A DNA stretch of 62,603 nucleotides, the filler included, from Rhabdomonas costata (taxonomy: Eukaryota): NCBI GenBank assembly GCA_019059605.1. It is 44 parts of 44 records of this genome, joined end to end, with 100 filler letters (N's around TTAATTAATTAA, not from the genome) between each part and the next. Parts side by side here need not be neighbours in the genome. Positions count along the whole stretch, not along the records: positions 11,404 to 12,728 come from JAHMHO010019336.1; positions 12,829 to 14,153 come from JAHMHO010019337.1; positions 14,254 to 15,577 come from JAHMHO010019338.1; positions 15,678 to 17,002 come from JAHMHO010019339.1; positions 17,103 to 18,428 come from JAHMHO010019340.1; positions 18,529 to 19,853 come from JAHMHO010019341.1; positions 19,954 to 21,277 come from JAHMHO010019342.1; positions 21,378 to 22,702 come from JAHMHO010019343.1; 36 more parts are not named here. The stretch is one strand, 5' to 3'. The notes under the pieces are model-generated. The model was not told where the DNA came from. It searched no databases and was given only the letters and a program-made list of their open reading frames with translations. Positions within the stretch are counted from its first letter, which is position 1. Every line of letters starts with the position of its first letter. A program made the translations under genes and the position numbers. This document shows, piece after piece, positions 12,413 through 25,368 of the stretch.

Positions 12413-13290
12413 CTGAGAGCGGCCCCAAAACTCCTCCGGTCCTCACAGTGCCAGGGAAGGACTGAATCTTAATTGCAGCCGTTGCGTTAGCTGAAGCGTG
12501 ATGAGAGGAGGGAAAAACTCAGACCTCACCAAAAAAAGTTCCAAAACGATACAACGGAGAAAATGAGAACGCTGACGCTAAGCAGGAAAAGCGGACACGA
12601 GCGTAACAGCGTTAACAAGCTCCACTCCGAAACCCAGGGGGAGCGCCCGTGACAGTGGCGACACCCTTCCTCATTCCAAAAGAATGGACACCAGGGCGGC
12701 AGGAACGCCCCCCGCCCCCTCACCCCCCNNNNNNNNNNNNNNNNNNNNNNNNNNNNNNNNNNNNNNNNNNNNTTAATTAATTAANNNNNNNNNNNNNNNN
12801 NNNNNNNNNNNNNNNNNNNNNNNNNNNNTTTTGTTGGGGCGTCCTCGCTCATCGGACGGACGCGTGGTGCACACCTGACCTGATCGGCAGGACCCACGGA
12901 CACCGACTCTGCTGCGCGGGACGGGAGTTGCACGCCCGCTGGCGTGAACATGTGAGGCGTTGGGTGACCGGGAACGCGGGCCTTGGCGGGGAGGGGGGGT
13001 TGACCTGCCAGGTACATTTGAAATTAATTTTCTTTTTGCGCTTAAGGCCTTTGCTGGAGGGAAAGGCTGGAACCGCAACCTCAGCGATACAACCCAGGGT
13101 GGTACTTTTGCGGAATAAGTCCCAGTTCAGAAAGAATTTCGTATACAGCATGTCACAAACCCTCCCACTAACACAAATACAATGGTCAGAGCATTTGTAT
13201 ACTTCAGGCATCTCCATTTGGCTGTTTGTTTTTCAGCCCTGAACTCATCCCTGTCGTGTAATTTTCCGTGCAAGACAGTTTTTTGCTCCC

Positions 13291-13572
13291 ATGGAGAGCG
13301 GCCCCTTCTCAAGCTCTTCTTCGGTGGCCTCGGAGCCGACGTCATTTACCGAAACTCTCAGACAGAACTTAATGACCCAAACCCTCCCCAACTTGCCTGC
13401 GGTTGCCATCTTGCGCGGAGAGCAACACCAGTGGAGGGTGCTGACACACCTGGTGGGCAAGGGAGGTGAGGGCAAGGTATTCCCTGCCTTCCGTTCTGAT
13501 GTGAAGCTGGAGGCCGCCGTGAAGGTGGTGGCTGTTTCTAGGGGAAGCGAGAGTCAGAGCTTCACCAAAGAG
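13291..13572 (+). CDS. Protein kinase N-lobe exon
   Basis: VGKGGEGKVF (Gly loop), AAVKVV (catalytic Lys) and FTKE (alphaC Glu), followed by donor gag|gtgtgt. Confidence 0.8.
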
Positions 13573-14062
13573 GTGTGTGTGTGCGGGCGAATTGGAGTTG
13601 TGGAAAAGTCGGTGCTGATTGGCATGCGTGGCATTTTTGGCTGAAGTCAAGGGGTTGGCGAGGCACCCATTTCTTTCTGCTGTTAAAACTCAAACGTTCG
13701 GAATTGTAATTCCTGAATAAGGTTTTTCTTTTTTTGGGAAAAGAGCTGCTTTAGGCCACCTCCACCAAATCGGCGGAGTTGGCGCGAAAGGGCGCTAATT
13801 GGCTGAAGGGCTCCCTTTGCGTTGCCTTTTTTCCCCGTAGATTTTGGTTTGGTTCCGTTTGTTTCGTGAAGGAGTTGCGTGCTTCGGTCAGTCCTTTGTG
13901 TGGTGCACCACACTTACCGCAGTCTCTCGATCGGTTAGGACTGCTGCCCTAGTGGGAAGTGTCGCATCTCAAAAAGTCACTTGAGGATGGAGCGAACTGC
14001 GGTTTCGTGATTACAGCGGTTAACTGATTTTTGAAACAATGGGTCAAGGTGAAATGAAAACG

Positions 14063-14153
14063 TGTAGTTATCGAGTGGAGAATTTCTTAAAAACAGTGCT
14101 AGTCATGTGGCTTGAGAGCATGTTTTTGAGAAATTCTCCACTCGATAACCACA
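14063..14153. repeat. Contig-terminal inverted repeat (about 37-bp arms, imperfect)
   Basis: GTTATCGAGTGGAGAATTTCTtAAAAACA (14067-14095) pairs with the reverse complement of 14121-14149. Confidence 0.9.
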
Positions 14154-17100
14154 NNNNNNNNNNNNNNNNNNNNNNNNNNNNNNNNNNNNNNNNNNNNTTA
14201 ATTAATTAANNNNNNNNNNNNNNNNNNNNNNNNNNNNNNNNNNNNNNNNNNNNGGTGTGTGGGTGCCATAGCCCAACTACAACCGTAATTGGATTCTTTT
14301 TTCATCAATTTTTGCCTTAAAAAAACCACGGTTTTCCCCTTGATTTTGCCCTTTTCAGCTGGAAAAAGCCGATTTGGGCACCTTTGCGGGTGCTGCGAAA
14401 AGCATCGGTGTCCCTCTTTCCCCATGTAGTCAATGTTGTTTCACAATGGGGCACCCAGCCTATCATAAAGTCAACATTGACCCAATTGGGGAAAGGGGGG
14501 TTTGAGCTGAGGAATTATTGACCCTAAAAAGTGCATTTTAAATTCGAGGTTTGTCAAAATACTATTTGCAGATTTTGCAGGAGAAAACTAAATGTTTTGA
14601 TGATAAAATCACCTTTGCGGGTAACAAAACACGTCAAAGTATAAAAAACGAGGAATAACACCAGAGCAAGAGGGTGACAAATTTAGCCAATGGCGTGCCC
14701 AGCGGTGCATTTGCTCAGTTTCTGATCTCATGACCACTTCAGTAGAAAAAATGGCAAGTCATCGCGAGCACGGAGCAACTTCATCGAGTTGAGCTTATGC
14801 ACGTGTGAGTGCGCGTGGACAGGAACAGGGAGGCAACCATTTCTGTGAAGCCCACAATTTGGACCACCAAGATCGACACCCGCTGCTCCTTCCATCCCAG
14901 AAGGAACCTGTATGAGTGCGAGTAAGGGGTCATGTTCTGAGCATTTCCTCAACACAGACACATAAACAGAGCGAGAGAGAAACAGCCGAAGACACAGACA
15001 GAGAGAGTCCAAAACACAGAGCGTGCGACCCGTGCTCGGCCAAAACCCACAAGCACCTACGAAAGGGCGATCTCGAAGCCAAACGAAACCCTTTGAGAAA
15101 ATCGAAAAATCTAAATCCTCAAAAGAACGCTTTCTTTTTGCTTTGGAGGAGCTGCAGACGGAAGAGGATCGTGAATGGAGAAGGGCACGCCTTGGGGGAA
15201 CCCCAGCGGGGTGGGGCAGGCTGGCCCTGCGCATCCGGACGGGGGTGATCGGAGTCCCGCGCATGGCACCGCCCTCATCCGCGACCCCGGAGCTGGTGGG
15301 CCAGCCCTGCGCGCAAACCGCAACGTTGAAAAAAAAACACGGTTCCCAAAACAGGAGCTTGTGAGACTGCATGCAAACGCAGCAATATGTGTTTGTAGTT
15401 TTTTGTTAGAAAACGAGGTCGAGATTCACGATGGGGCGGGTGATAGAAAAATGCCTTTTTCTCAACATTGAAATCCAGACGGTGTTTTTTTTAAAGCCCC
15501 ATAGTGGAAACTAGAAACCGCATCAGACATCAGGTGAAGCGCACGGAGAAGTTCCCAGAGATAAGTCCCCCCGCTTGNNNNNNNNNNNNNNNNNNNNNNN
15601 NNNNNNNNNNNNNNNNNNNNNTTAATTAATTAANNNNNNNNNNNNNNNNNNNNNNNNNNNNNNNNNNNNNNNNNNNNTTTTGGTTGGCACACACGTCGTG
15701 GTGCGTGTTTAAAGGAATTGGAGATAAGCAAAGCATCTTCCCAAAGGAGGATGAAGAGAGGTGCAAACGTCAGCGGTCGTTCAAAAGACCCGTTCACCTG
15801 TGCCTGTCCTTTGTTTGTTTCTGTTTTCTGCAGAAATATAGTGTGAGTGTGTGTGTGCGTTTCCTTCAGGCCTTTCGTGTCTCGGGTCTCCCGACGCGTA
15901 TCGTCAACCACACCGCACATGCAGTTCAGCCCTGCATGGTGCCCTCCTTGCCACACACATACACCAATCCCATGTGTGTCTCTCCTTCAGCACAGGAGGC
16001 GGGGCGCCAATGCGACAGGGGTTTGTTGTTGTGCAGGGAGACCAGCTGGAGAGAATCCCGTGGAAAGGGATACCAGGGCAATCCACGGTCCACCACACCA
16101 AGCCGCGGCCAGCAGGAGGATAAGCCAAGGGTGGGGGGGCCGCTGCGGCGCCATTGCACACACCCCCAGGTCCGTTGCCATCGCGACAAGCACCGTGCCA
16201 TGCAGCAGTGCAATCTGAGCCGAAAGGGAGAGGAGGTATCCCGGAAAAAAAAGGAGGAGGGGGAACCGCATACAGCACTAAACGCGCAAGAACAATGGGT
16301 ACGTTTCAAATGCCGCCCCCCACCCCCAGCAAGCCAATCCAGCCATGTAACCACTCGGGGATACGAGGCGCACGCCCAAGACAAAAGTCGGTTGTCTCCG
16401 GTGACCACCATTCATAAGAGGAACCTGAAGAGTGACGTGTGCTCATTCGATACAACTTTAAAATGCACATTGGCTGATGGAAGGTTGTGAAAGCAAATCA
16501 CCGTGACGCTCTGAATTCCGGCGGACCACTACCGATACCTATTCACCATACATCCATTCGCATTTCATGCCACTATGCCACTATTTTTCTGCTCATTCAT
16601 TCATTCATTCATCGTATGAACCTGCGTTGAGACCGCGGGGGTGAGCTGGCCCGGCTGCAAGAGTTGTATGGCACAGTGGGGAAGCAGAAAAAGGCTCAGG
16701 CAGGCGGCAAGGAAGATATCCCCGGGTCTGTCAGACACACGCGATACAATGAAGATGAGCGTAACGGTGAGCACTGCGCTCCAGGACATTCATCGACAAC
16801 TCCGAAAACAGCTATTATGCATGATTTTCGCGGGAACACGAGGTGAGGTACCTTTGCTGTGGCCCCATCAGAGCAGGATGGGATGTTGGCTTTCTCGTAC
16901 ATGGGTTGTTAAAACTTCCGCTGCGGTGGGGTAAGAATCGGCGATCAAAGATAGCAAAGAGCAGCAAGATCCACGCAGATGAAGTTTTAACAACCCACAA
17001 CANNNNNNNNNNNNNNNNNNNNNNNNNNNNNNNNNNNNNNNNNNNNTTAATTAATTAANNNNNNNNNNNNNNNNNNNNNNNNNNNNNNNNNNNNNNNNNN

Positions 17101-19033
17101 NNCCCCGTTTCTCCGTGAGGACGCATCCTCCTGGAAGATTGTAATGGAACTGCTAAATTGTTTGCTGATTTGCCATCCATTTCATGCTGATGGAGCTGCG
17201 TTTTTCAGGCGCGTTTTTGATGTCGAACCCCGCGTTACCGGAGACCTAAAAAAAACATCAAAAGCGTCGACTGTTTCCTTTGTTCGCCACGCACCTGTCG
17301 TAGAAGTTTTGGACAGTTCCTTCGAATATGCCGATTTGTCAAGAGCCTTGTGTGCCGAAGTACCTTAAGACATGGTTCCTCAAAGCGGCGTTTGCGCGAT
17401 CGGAACCACCGTCCGTTGACCCGACGTCATGCGTGAGCCGTTCTCCGCGCCATTCCTTTGAGCAGGTCAATACGGCGCCTTTGGTGGCAAGAATTATTTC
17501 ACCGGAAATGTTTTTCATTACGGCGCTTTCGGCCACGAGATTAAAACGGATGCGCGGACCAAACGGAAGAGGAGCCCGGCATCGACCGCGGACACAAAGA
17601 GACGAGCGGAGTTCGCAAAATGAAGGGCGCGCGGAGCTCGTCGCCGCACTCTTCTCGTGATACCCGCCGCCCGAAAGCTTTTTTCCATTGCCTAATTATC
17701 GGTCGGGACTGGACCCAATGAAGCGCGCGGACCCTTGGAAGGGCAGAAAGAACAGATTGGAGCAGGCCAAGATGCTGATAAAAAAGCGAATTGCCGTTAA
17801 TTTTTGGTTGTTCGACCGATACGGCCGTGCTACAAACACACACACACACACACACACACACATCGAAAGCCCCAGCACCGCAAGCAGCAGCAGATGCAGA
17901 TGCAGTGGGGGTGGGCATCCTGCGCATCGCCAACCTCATGCACGACCGCACGCCGCTTCTTTATTCTCAGGTTGCGCGCGTTCCCACCCACGCCCTGCGC
18001 CTTATCTTGCGCTTCCATCGGGAATGGTGCGGTAGCAGCAGCACAAACCCCTCAAAACACACACCGTCACTCTCCGTATGAGTCCTGGCGCTTGCCAAGG
18101 CAGCCGCCGCCCTCGGGGACCTGCTGAGGTCGTTTTCACCCGCGGCCCCTCACGGGAGTGGCAGCCAGCGTGCCGAAGTCGGCACAGGCTTCGTCTAGGA
18201 GCAAGCCGTGGACTGCCGATTCAAGAACACGGGGCCGTCTCCCAGGAACGCTCTTGTGGTGGGAACGCCCCCCCCAATGCTACTCCCCAAACGAAAGCAA
18301 AGCAAAGCCCATCAGCCTCAAAGCCCAACCGGGCCGGGGAGCAAGCCGCCTCGGGCGGAGCGATAGTTCGTTCTGGACGTGCGGACGCTCCCCATTCCCG
18401 AGCCGTGCGAAAAGCACGACCCCCAACCNNNNNNNNNNNNNNNNNNNNNNNNNNNNNNNNNNNNNNNNNNNNTTAATTAATTAANNNNNNNNNNNNNNNN
18501 NNNNNNNNNNNNNNNNNNNNNNNNNNNNGGGTTTTGGTGGGCACCCATTTTTCAATCCTATTTCCCTTTCTGCGAGATGGTGGGTCCCGAGCTTTGCGGT
18601 GCAGGGCTTCGCTGTGTGGTGCCAGCTGTTGAGACCATGCTGTCACGCGAGCCCAAGAGACCGTGGCGAGGTCTGCAAAAGCCATTGATAGCAGCAGAAA
18701 AGGTTCCGAAGTCCCGTGTCCGGTCAAAGGCAGCTTGGTTGGGGTCTCAGTGCTGAGTGCTCAGAAGATGTCCAGAAGATCAGGCTGAAGAAGAGTTGAA
18801 GAGAGGTCACCGAGCGATATGATTAAAATGGGCTAGCGCAGAGGGCCGCGGTTCAGGTACGCCATCGCCATCGAGGATTCCCAAGTACCTCCGCCCAACA
18901 ACAGAGGGGTGATTCGCACCCCGAGAAGCGGGCAAGGGGCAGCAGGGAGGGAAACCCCGCTGGAGGCAGAAAAAACTCCACCACGTCACTGCTTCGTGCA
19001 CATAGTATGCCTATTTGTGTGCATCGCTCTCAG

Positions 19034-19149
19034 GAGTACCGTGCCCGCCACGGGGTAGTGCCGTACTTTTCCTGCAAGATGACATACCCCTACTCGCTCA
19101 GCCAGGGGGCACGGCCCCTGGACCACCTCTACGCGGACGACAAATCGGG
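19034..19149 (+). CDS. Isolated exon, unknown protein
   Basis: ctctcag| EYRARHGVVPYFSCKMTYPYSLSQGARPLDHLYADDKSG |gtgttt; strong GC3 bias. Confidence 0.4.
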
Positions 19150-21128
19150 GTGTTTGTGCGTGCGTGCGTGGGTGCGTGTATTTGTCACCTGTCTGGCGGA
19201 TCTCAGTTGGAGGTGGGGGGCGGGGAGTCTTGCTTCGAAAATGGGTTGGGAGATCAATGAGCCGGTGCTGAGAATCATCCCTCCCCTGCTCCGCACGGCC
19301 ATCCCTGTCCACCTTTCCGTGGGACTTGGGACGCGCGCAAGAGCGCGCGCACGCACACACATACACATACGCACGCACACACAGCATTAGAGTGGAATTG
19401 TAGCATGAGTTTTATTCACTCAAAAGACCTGAGAACGTTGCAGAGGTGGTGGCACCCAACGGCACCTCTGTTGCAGAGGGGGATGGGACAGCATTTACAG
19501 CCCCGCTGACACCGGGTGCATATGCAGGTCATGAAGCGCCGGCAGGCCACAGGACCGAGTCACCCACTCCGCATCGCCCAGCACGTTGTGGTGAGGTCTC
19601 GCGAGAAATGGATATGCGCTTGCGCGCACACGCGCGAACAAGCTTTTATATGCTCGGGTGCCATCTGTGCAGGCTTCGTAGGGAGTCCTCAGCGGCGGGG
19701 GCCCAAGCCGAGTCCTCTGCGGAGGGCACGTTGCACTCGGATGCATCCATGTCCAGGTTCCAAGGGAGCTCGCCTTTTCTTTATTTTTGTGTGTCTCCTA
19801 ACGGCCTCCCAGTGGACACTGGCGAACCCCCACCACCCGAACACACCCAACGCNNNNNNNNNNNNNNNNNNNNNNNNNNNNNNNNNNNNNNNNNNNNTTA
19901 ATTAATTAANNNNNNNNNNNNNNNNNNNNNNNNNNNNNNNNNNNNNNNNNNNNGGGCACTTCTCCTACTTCTCCTACTGCACCGTAACATCGTTCATATA
20001 TGGATGACGCCAGCAAGAGGGATTTAAGTAAAAGATGATGAAAGAGTGAGATATGACAATACCCGAGGATAATCCCCACACCAAGGGTCCCATTTCGACC
20101 CTAAAACCATTGGGAGGGGGATGACAGTCTTGGGCGCAGCACCTTGACAGTGATTGCCCTCGCCCCAGCGCTTCCACGCAAGCTCCGCAAAAAAAGACCG
20201 CCAGTAAGCTCGGGACAAGGTCCACCTGCGCACACACAAAGGTGCCAGCGAGGCTCGCTCACTTTAGTTGTGGACAGGTGCCACCGCAGGTCGGCGGACG
20301 CGCAAAAGGACGGGAAAACTCCTCAGCCGCGCGATGACCGTCCCTGGGACTGTTTCTGGTGCAGACTGAGCCGAAAGTTATCAGAGTGGATGGATAAAAT
20401 AAAATAATGCCAAAAAACAAAGGAACCACAGGTATGAAAGGAGTTGAGTTTCCGTTTGAGAAGAGCATCACCATCGGAAAGCGAAAGATTGTGATTGTGA
20501 TTGTGATTGTGTGTAAGGATAGCTACCCCAAACTATGAGGAAGATATGCGACCCATTTAAACTGGTCTCCTCTGACCCTATACAATTGCCATACTCTTCA
20601 GCACGCTAAGCATATGGTCCCGCGATGTCAACGGCCAACGCAGCATAAACCAGGCGGCGTAGAGCCATTTGTCTGGGTCCCCTTTCGCGGGATAGAGGCA
20701 GATGGGTTTTTTGTACACACGTTGTGGGTGACGTCGATAAACTCTCCGAGAGCGGCACAAGATTTAAAAAATTAAGGATAGAGCCGCCAAGGGGCACGGG
20801 TGGGTACCGGCCAGAGGGTGCAAGGATCGGCCTACGCAGCGTTTCGGGAGGCCCACAGTACATAGAAAAGACCCGGCTTTGTGAATAACGGCCTTTTATG
20901 TTCACAACCACATGAATTTATTGATGATTTTTTTGTTGGAATTTTGCATCCATGGATTGTTGATACGACGTCGTATGTGGCTTGTGATGGATGACGGTCA
21001 CACGAGTACGTTTTTGTTAGCCTTCAACATTCGAAAAGCATAGAATTCCCAGGTTTCAAATTGACGTCCTTTACGAAAAAACCCCGACATAAGCTGCAGA
21101 TAAAAGCACCAGAAAAACACCGGCTTGT

Positions 21129-21277
21129 ATCAAAAGCCCCCCCCCTCCCCACTACTCAGGGCACTATTCAAGGCACTATTCAGCTGAATAGTGATTACTA
21201 TTCAGAGGATGAATGTTCAGCTGAGCAGTGATCACTATACAAAAGGTGAATGGTATCGGAGGGGGGGGGCTTTTGAT
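21129..21277. repeat. Contig-terminal inverted repeat with an internal palindrome
   Basis: ATCAAAAGC9TCC at 21129-21148 pairs with GGAG9CTTTTGAT at the contig end. Internal perfect palindrome CACTATTCAGCTGAATAGTG. Confidence 0.85.
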
Positions 21278-23844
21278 NNNNNNNNNNNNNNNNNNNNNNN
21301 NNNNNNNNNNNNNNNNNNNNNTTAATTAATTAANNNNNNNNNNNNNNNNNNNNNNNNNNNNNNNNNNNNNNNNNNNNGTGTTTTTTTTGCCCTTGTGGGA
21401 AGTGTTTAAGGTCGTGCGTCCGCTGTCTAGCGGAATCCGGCATTCTTGAGCGGGGTGCGCAAGTCCCGGTGTTTGGGTCCCCATCCGCTCTGCATTGCGA
21501 CCTCGCGGTTGCGCGCGCAGCGCACGCTGTCAATTTTCAGCAATGCGCATTCTCGCCCGCACCTCAGCAGCCATGCCAGTTGGGTTGCTGATGCAGTCCC
21601 GAATTCTCACCACGACCTGGAGAGCAGCCTGGTGACCCACGCGAGCATAATGCAGCATGTGTTGAGGGGGTTGCGGGCGTGGGATTTTGGGCTCTGTCGT
21701 CGGGCTCTGTCTGCATATATGGGCACACGCAATGGCCCCACCCCAATACGACAGAAGGAGGAATTTATTGTGCCCCTGCTCTTTCATTCCCTCCATAATT
21801 CCAATTCTTCCACTCTGCTTTACCGGAGTTTCGAGGGGACGTTGTGGGGCAAATGAATTTGTTATGGCGAGTGATCAGCTTCGGGTATACACATGCGCAC
21901 TCGCGTACCTTCCAAATTCAGGGCGTATTCCCCGGCAGGTTCCGCACTGTCTTCGTTCGATTTTGGGCCCGTAGCCAAGGCTTCTTTTGAGTTATCCATA
22001 TTTCTCAGCCATCCCGAGAAAGCTCTTGGTGACAATAAGATCTCACGTAATTGTCCCTGTCACGACATTGCCAGATTATAAACCAAGGTGAAGGCAAGGT
22101 CAGAATTTCTTGGAACACATCCCTATCCTCCTCTCCTCTCCTCTCCCTAACCCTAACCCCCCTCTCCACTTCCACCAGCGCGGTGAACAACTTGTCCGCC
22201 TGCCTGTCCAGCCTGGTCAGGAAGTGTGAGACCGGTGGCTGCTCAAGCCCGAGCTCCGCAAAGCCTCGTGGTGGTTTCTCTTAGAAAAAGCCACTGCTGT
22301 GTGCCAGCACTCCTCTCCCCTACTACAACCTCCTCCCTTTCCCATCGTCACCCGCCTCAAGGAGGGAGTGCCTTCCCAGGCACTTCCCAGGCTCACACAG
22401 CCTCCCCACGAGTTCACAGCGCTTTCCATTTCTCGGCTTTTCTCTGTGGGTTTGTTTTTGTGTCATTCTCTTTGAAGTTTTCTACACTCAACCCCATACC
22501 TTTCCCAGCCCGTGTGACGCGAACTTTGCGTTTTTTCATTCGGAACGCCCTGCCGCTCCTGAAGTGCCTTTGTCCCCCACCCCTCAAGGAGGGGTCAACC
22601 TCACTCTTGTGGCTGACCCTTTCCCTTGTGAGTCTGTGGAGGTGACTCTGGCAACCCCTGCCCCTGAACACTCCGCGATTTGGCGCCGAACGAGCTTTGG
22701 TCNNNNNNNNNNNNNNNNNNNNNNNNNNNNNNNNNNNNNNNNNNNNTTAATTAATTAANNNNNNNNNNNNNNNNNNNNNNNNNNNNNNNNNNNNNNNNNN
22801 NNAAAGTTCAGTTCGATGTAATGTGACACGGTTCAAAGTTCTGTTCAATTTCAGCAACCATCAAGTTCAATTTAAAGAAAAGTCCACACAAAAAAAAGTG
22901 CAATGCAACCCTGATGGAACTCAACTCATGTTGCGTACTGGATGGCTTCTATCCCTCATCGCCATTGTCACGGGACCTTCTGTCCAGGCACTGCAGACCT
23001 GGCATGCAATGTCGTAAACTGGTGGAGGGGGCAAAGAAGACAGGTGCTCCGTCGCCGCCACAGCGGCGGGAAGTCCAGCCGTGGGGGAAGTGAGAGCAGG
23101 CAGGGTGGGAGAGGTCCCCTCTGTGCTGGGGCAGGAGAACTGGGCCCGCGTTGGGGGCTCGTAGGGCTCTAACCGAAGGGTGCCCAGGCTGGCCTTCTGG
23201 TCGAAGCAGGGCTTCAACTGGAACACGTACAGCGCCGTATCTGCAGGCCAAAGAGGGCAGAGGATGCCAGGAGGGGAAACTCGCGACTCGCCAACAGCCA
23301 GCTCAAAAACCACTCTACGAAAAGTGGGGGGAAGGTGTCCGAGATGATCTACACATGCAAGTAAAGTTCTTGGAGATGGGAGGGGGGACGTTTGCGTATA
23401 CAGAAGTAACATTGTCAGGCTTATATATAGTAAGGCCTTTAGTGGTTCTGACACCCTAAATCCGACATCTTCCTTCCAATGCCACTGAAACCCCTCCGGT
23501 GCGGTTAAAGTTGTCACCGCCATGTCAGCTTCACAGCGGCAGTACAGACCTGAAAGGCAGAATCAGTACAGGGGTGTGCTAGCTTAACCTTTTCGGGCTG
23601 GGATGGAGATCTTCCCAATGCAGTGAGGGCTTTTCACGGTAACAAATGAAGTCAAACACGAGGTGCCCATTTGAAATGAGGCAGCATATTCAGGGAATAA
23701 GTTAAGTTAGGCACTGTATTGGGTACGCAGAAGTGAGGCCAGGTCGGGGACACCCTACCGTTTACGACTGGGTCTGTCCCCCGCCCCTTCCCTGGTGATA
23801 GCGAGATCAAAAAGATGGTGCTTACTGTCACCTCTTAAAAGGCT

Positions 23845-23891
23845 ACCAGTGACCAGTGACCAGTGACCAGTGACCAGTGACCAGTGACCAG
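23845..23891. repeat. Heptamer tandem repeat (ACCAGTG)6 plus a partial unit
   Basis: Direct reading of the sequence. Confidence 0.95.
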
Positions 23892-24437
23892 AAAAGACGA
23901 TAGTGTTCACAATCAAGCCATTTCTGCGCGCTATCGTCTTTTACCCGTCACTATCATCTTTTGGAATCTCGATGGAGAATTTTCAACCTAGAAAGTTCTG
24001 ATTCTCGATAACTGCACTTTGCATCGGGTTCACAATTTTTCCTAGTATTCATTAGGATATCAGGGCAGAAAATGGAATTTATTGGCGCGGAGGCCATCCA
24101 CTGCGGCGGGGAAGTGCCAACCCCAACNNNNNNNNNNNNNNNNNNNNNNNNNNNNNNNNNNNNNNNNNNNNTTAATTAATTAANNNNNNNNNNNNNNNNN
24201 NNNNNNNNNNNNNNNNNNNNNNNNNNNTTCTTTTGTCGTTTTCACAACCAAAAAAATTAAAAGGAAATGGGGAGGGGGGCCGGCAAAAGATCGTCTAGGG
24301 GAAGTGGTGAAAGGAGGACACATGTAGGGGGAAACGTCCAATACGCATCATGGCTCACGGAAGGATCGGCGTTGGTGGCCAAACCGAAAGTGAGAGGAAT
24401 TGAAAAAGGAACAGCCCCCCTATTGCCCGAAACGTAC

Positions 24438-25368
24438 CAGCAGAAGATCAGAAGCCACCCTCTGCTTCATCTCCTCGGACCCGAACTTCAGGATCGGGGA
24501 GACAACGACAACTCCACCTGTGTGGCCAGCCGCCCGCCATGGCTCTTATAAGCATCCATTGTCGTTCACTCGTCCGCGCGCTCCCACAAACTTCATCAGC
24601 TCCAGCGCGACATCGTCCGGCAGTGTATGTCCAAGCGACGTCACAACTGAACGCTCTCAATCAAATCCTGTGGCCCAGACCCAGATGTGGGGCAGGATGA
24701 GGGTGCTGACAAGGCGCCGGATTTTAGCCCGCCATTGCACGTGAGAGGACCGGTAGTAGGGGCTGTTGAAGCGCTGGTACCAAATCGGATCCCCGTAAGG
24801 GATCTAAAAATGGCATGGCACAAAAAAATTCTTGACACTTGGAGTACGGCGAAACATGAACGCAATCGGCGCAAAGGAGACTGCATTGACTGGATCGTCA
24901 AGCAGATAACTGCCGACATTCTGTCCAATACCGGAAGAGAGTAACTTGAACGCAAGCACTCTTCTGATCACTTTTCTCCAGCGCCCAACAGCGACAGTGC
25001 GCCTTCCAAACTTCCGCACTTCTGAAGCGGATACGAATGATGTTTGAACGAAGGGAAACAACGCGTACCATGCCCCCGAACTCTGCGAAGCCATCCTGTC
25101 CGCCATCCTCACCGCCCGCGACATGCTTGCTGCCAGTCACGCGGCCTATCTTCAGCTTCCGCCCGTACTTCGCCAGAACAGAGTCATTGTGGTACAGCTG
25201 GAACATCGCCGTGAGCTCAGAGCGCAGAACGTGGGCGCCCCCGGGGTGGATGGCGTAAAACTTGCTGAGGTCGTACACCTCCCCGGAGATGACCACCCAA
25301 CCGTCCCCCTCGGTGCAGTGCCGCGCGACCTCCGCCAGGGAGTACTCCCGCAAGGCCGGAGAGGCCAT
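24438..25368 (-). CDS. Acyl-CoA dehydrogenase with N-terminal cytochrome b5 domain, 5' exons (possibly degraded)
   Basis: Exon 25368-25069 has WVVISGEVYDLSKFYAIHPGG. Exon 24803 to about 24681 has IPYGDPIWYQRFNSPYYRSSH. Segment 24517-24438 has SPILKFGSEEMKQRVASDLL|gtacgt. The intervening conserved part cannot be found in frame. Confidence 0.8.

Noticed and set aside
22145..22160. CCCTAA telomere-like units (also about 717-729 and 52314-52325)
   Set aside because: Only about two units each, internal to contigs; not evidence of a chromosome end.
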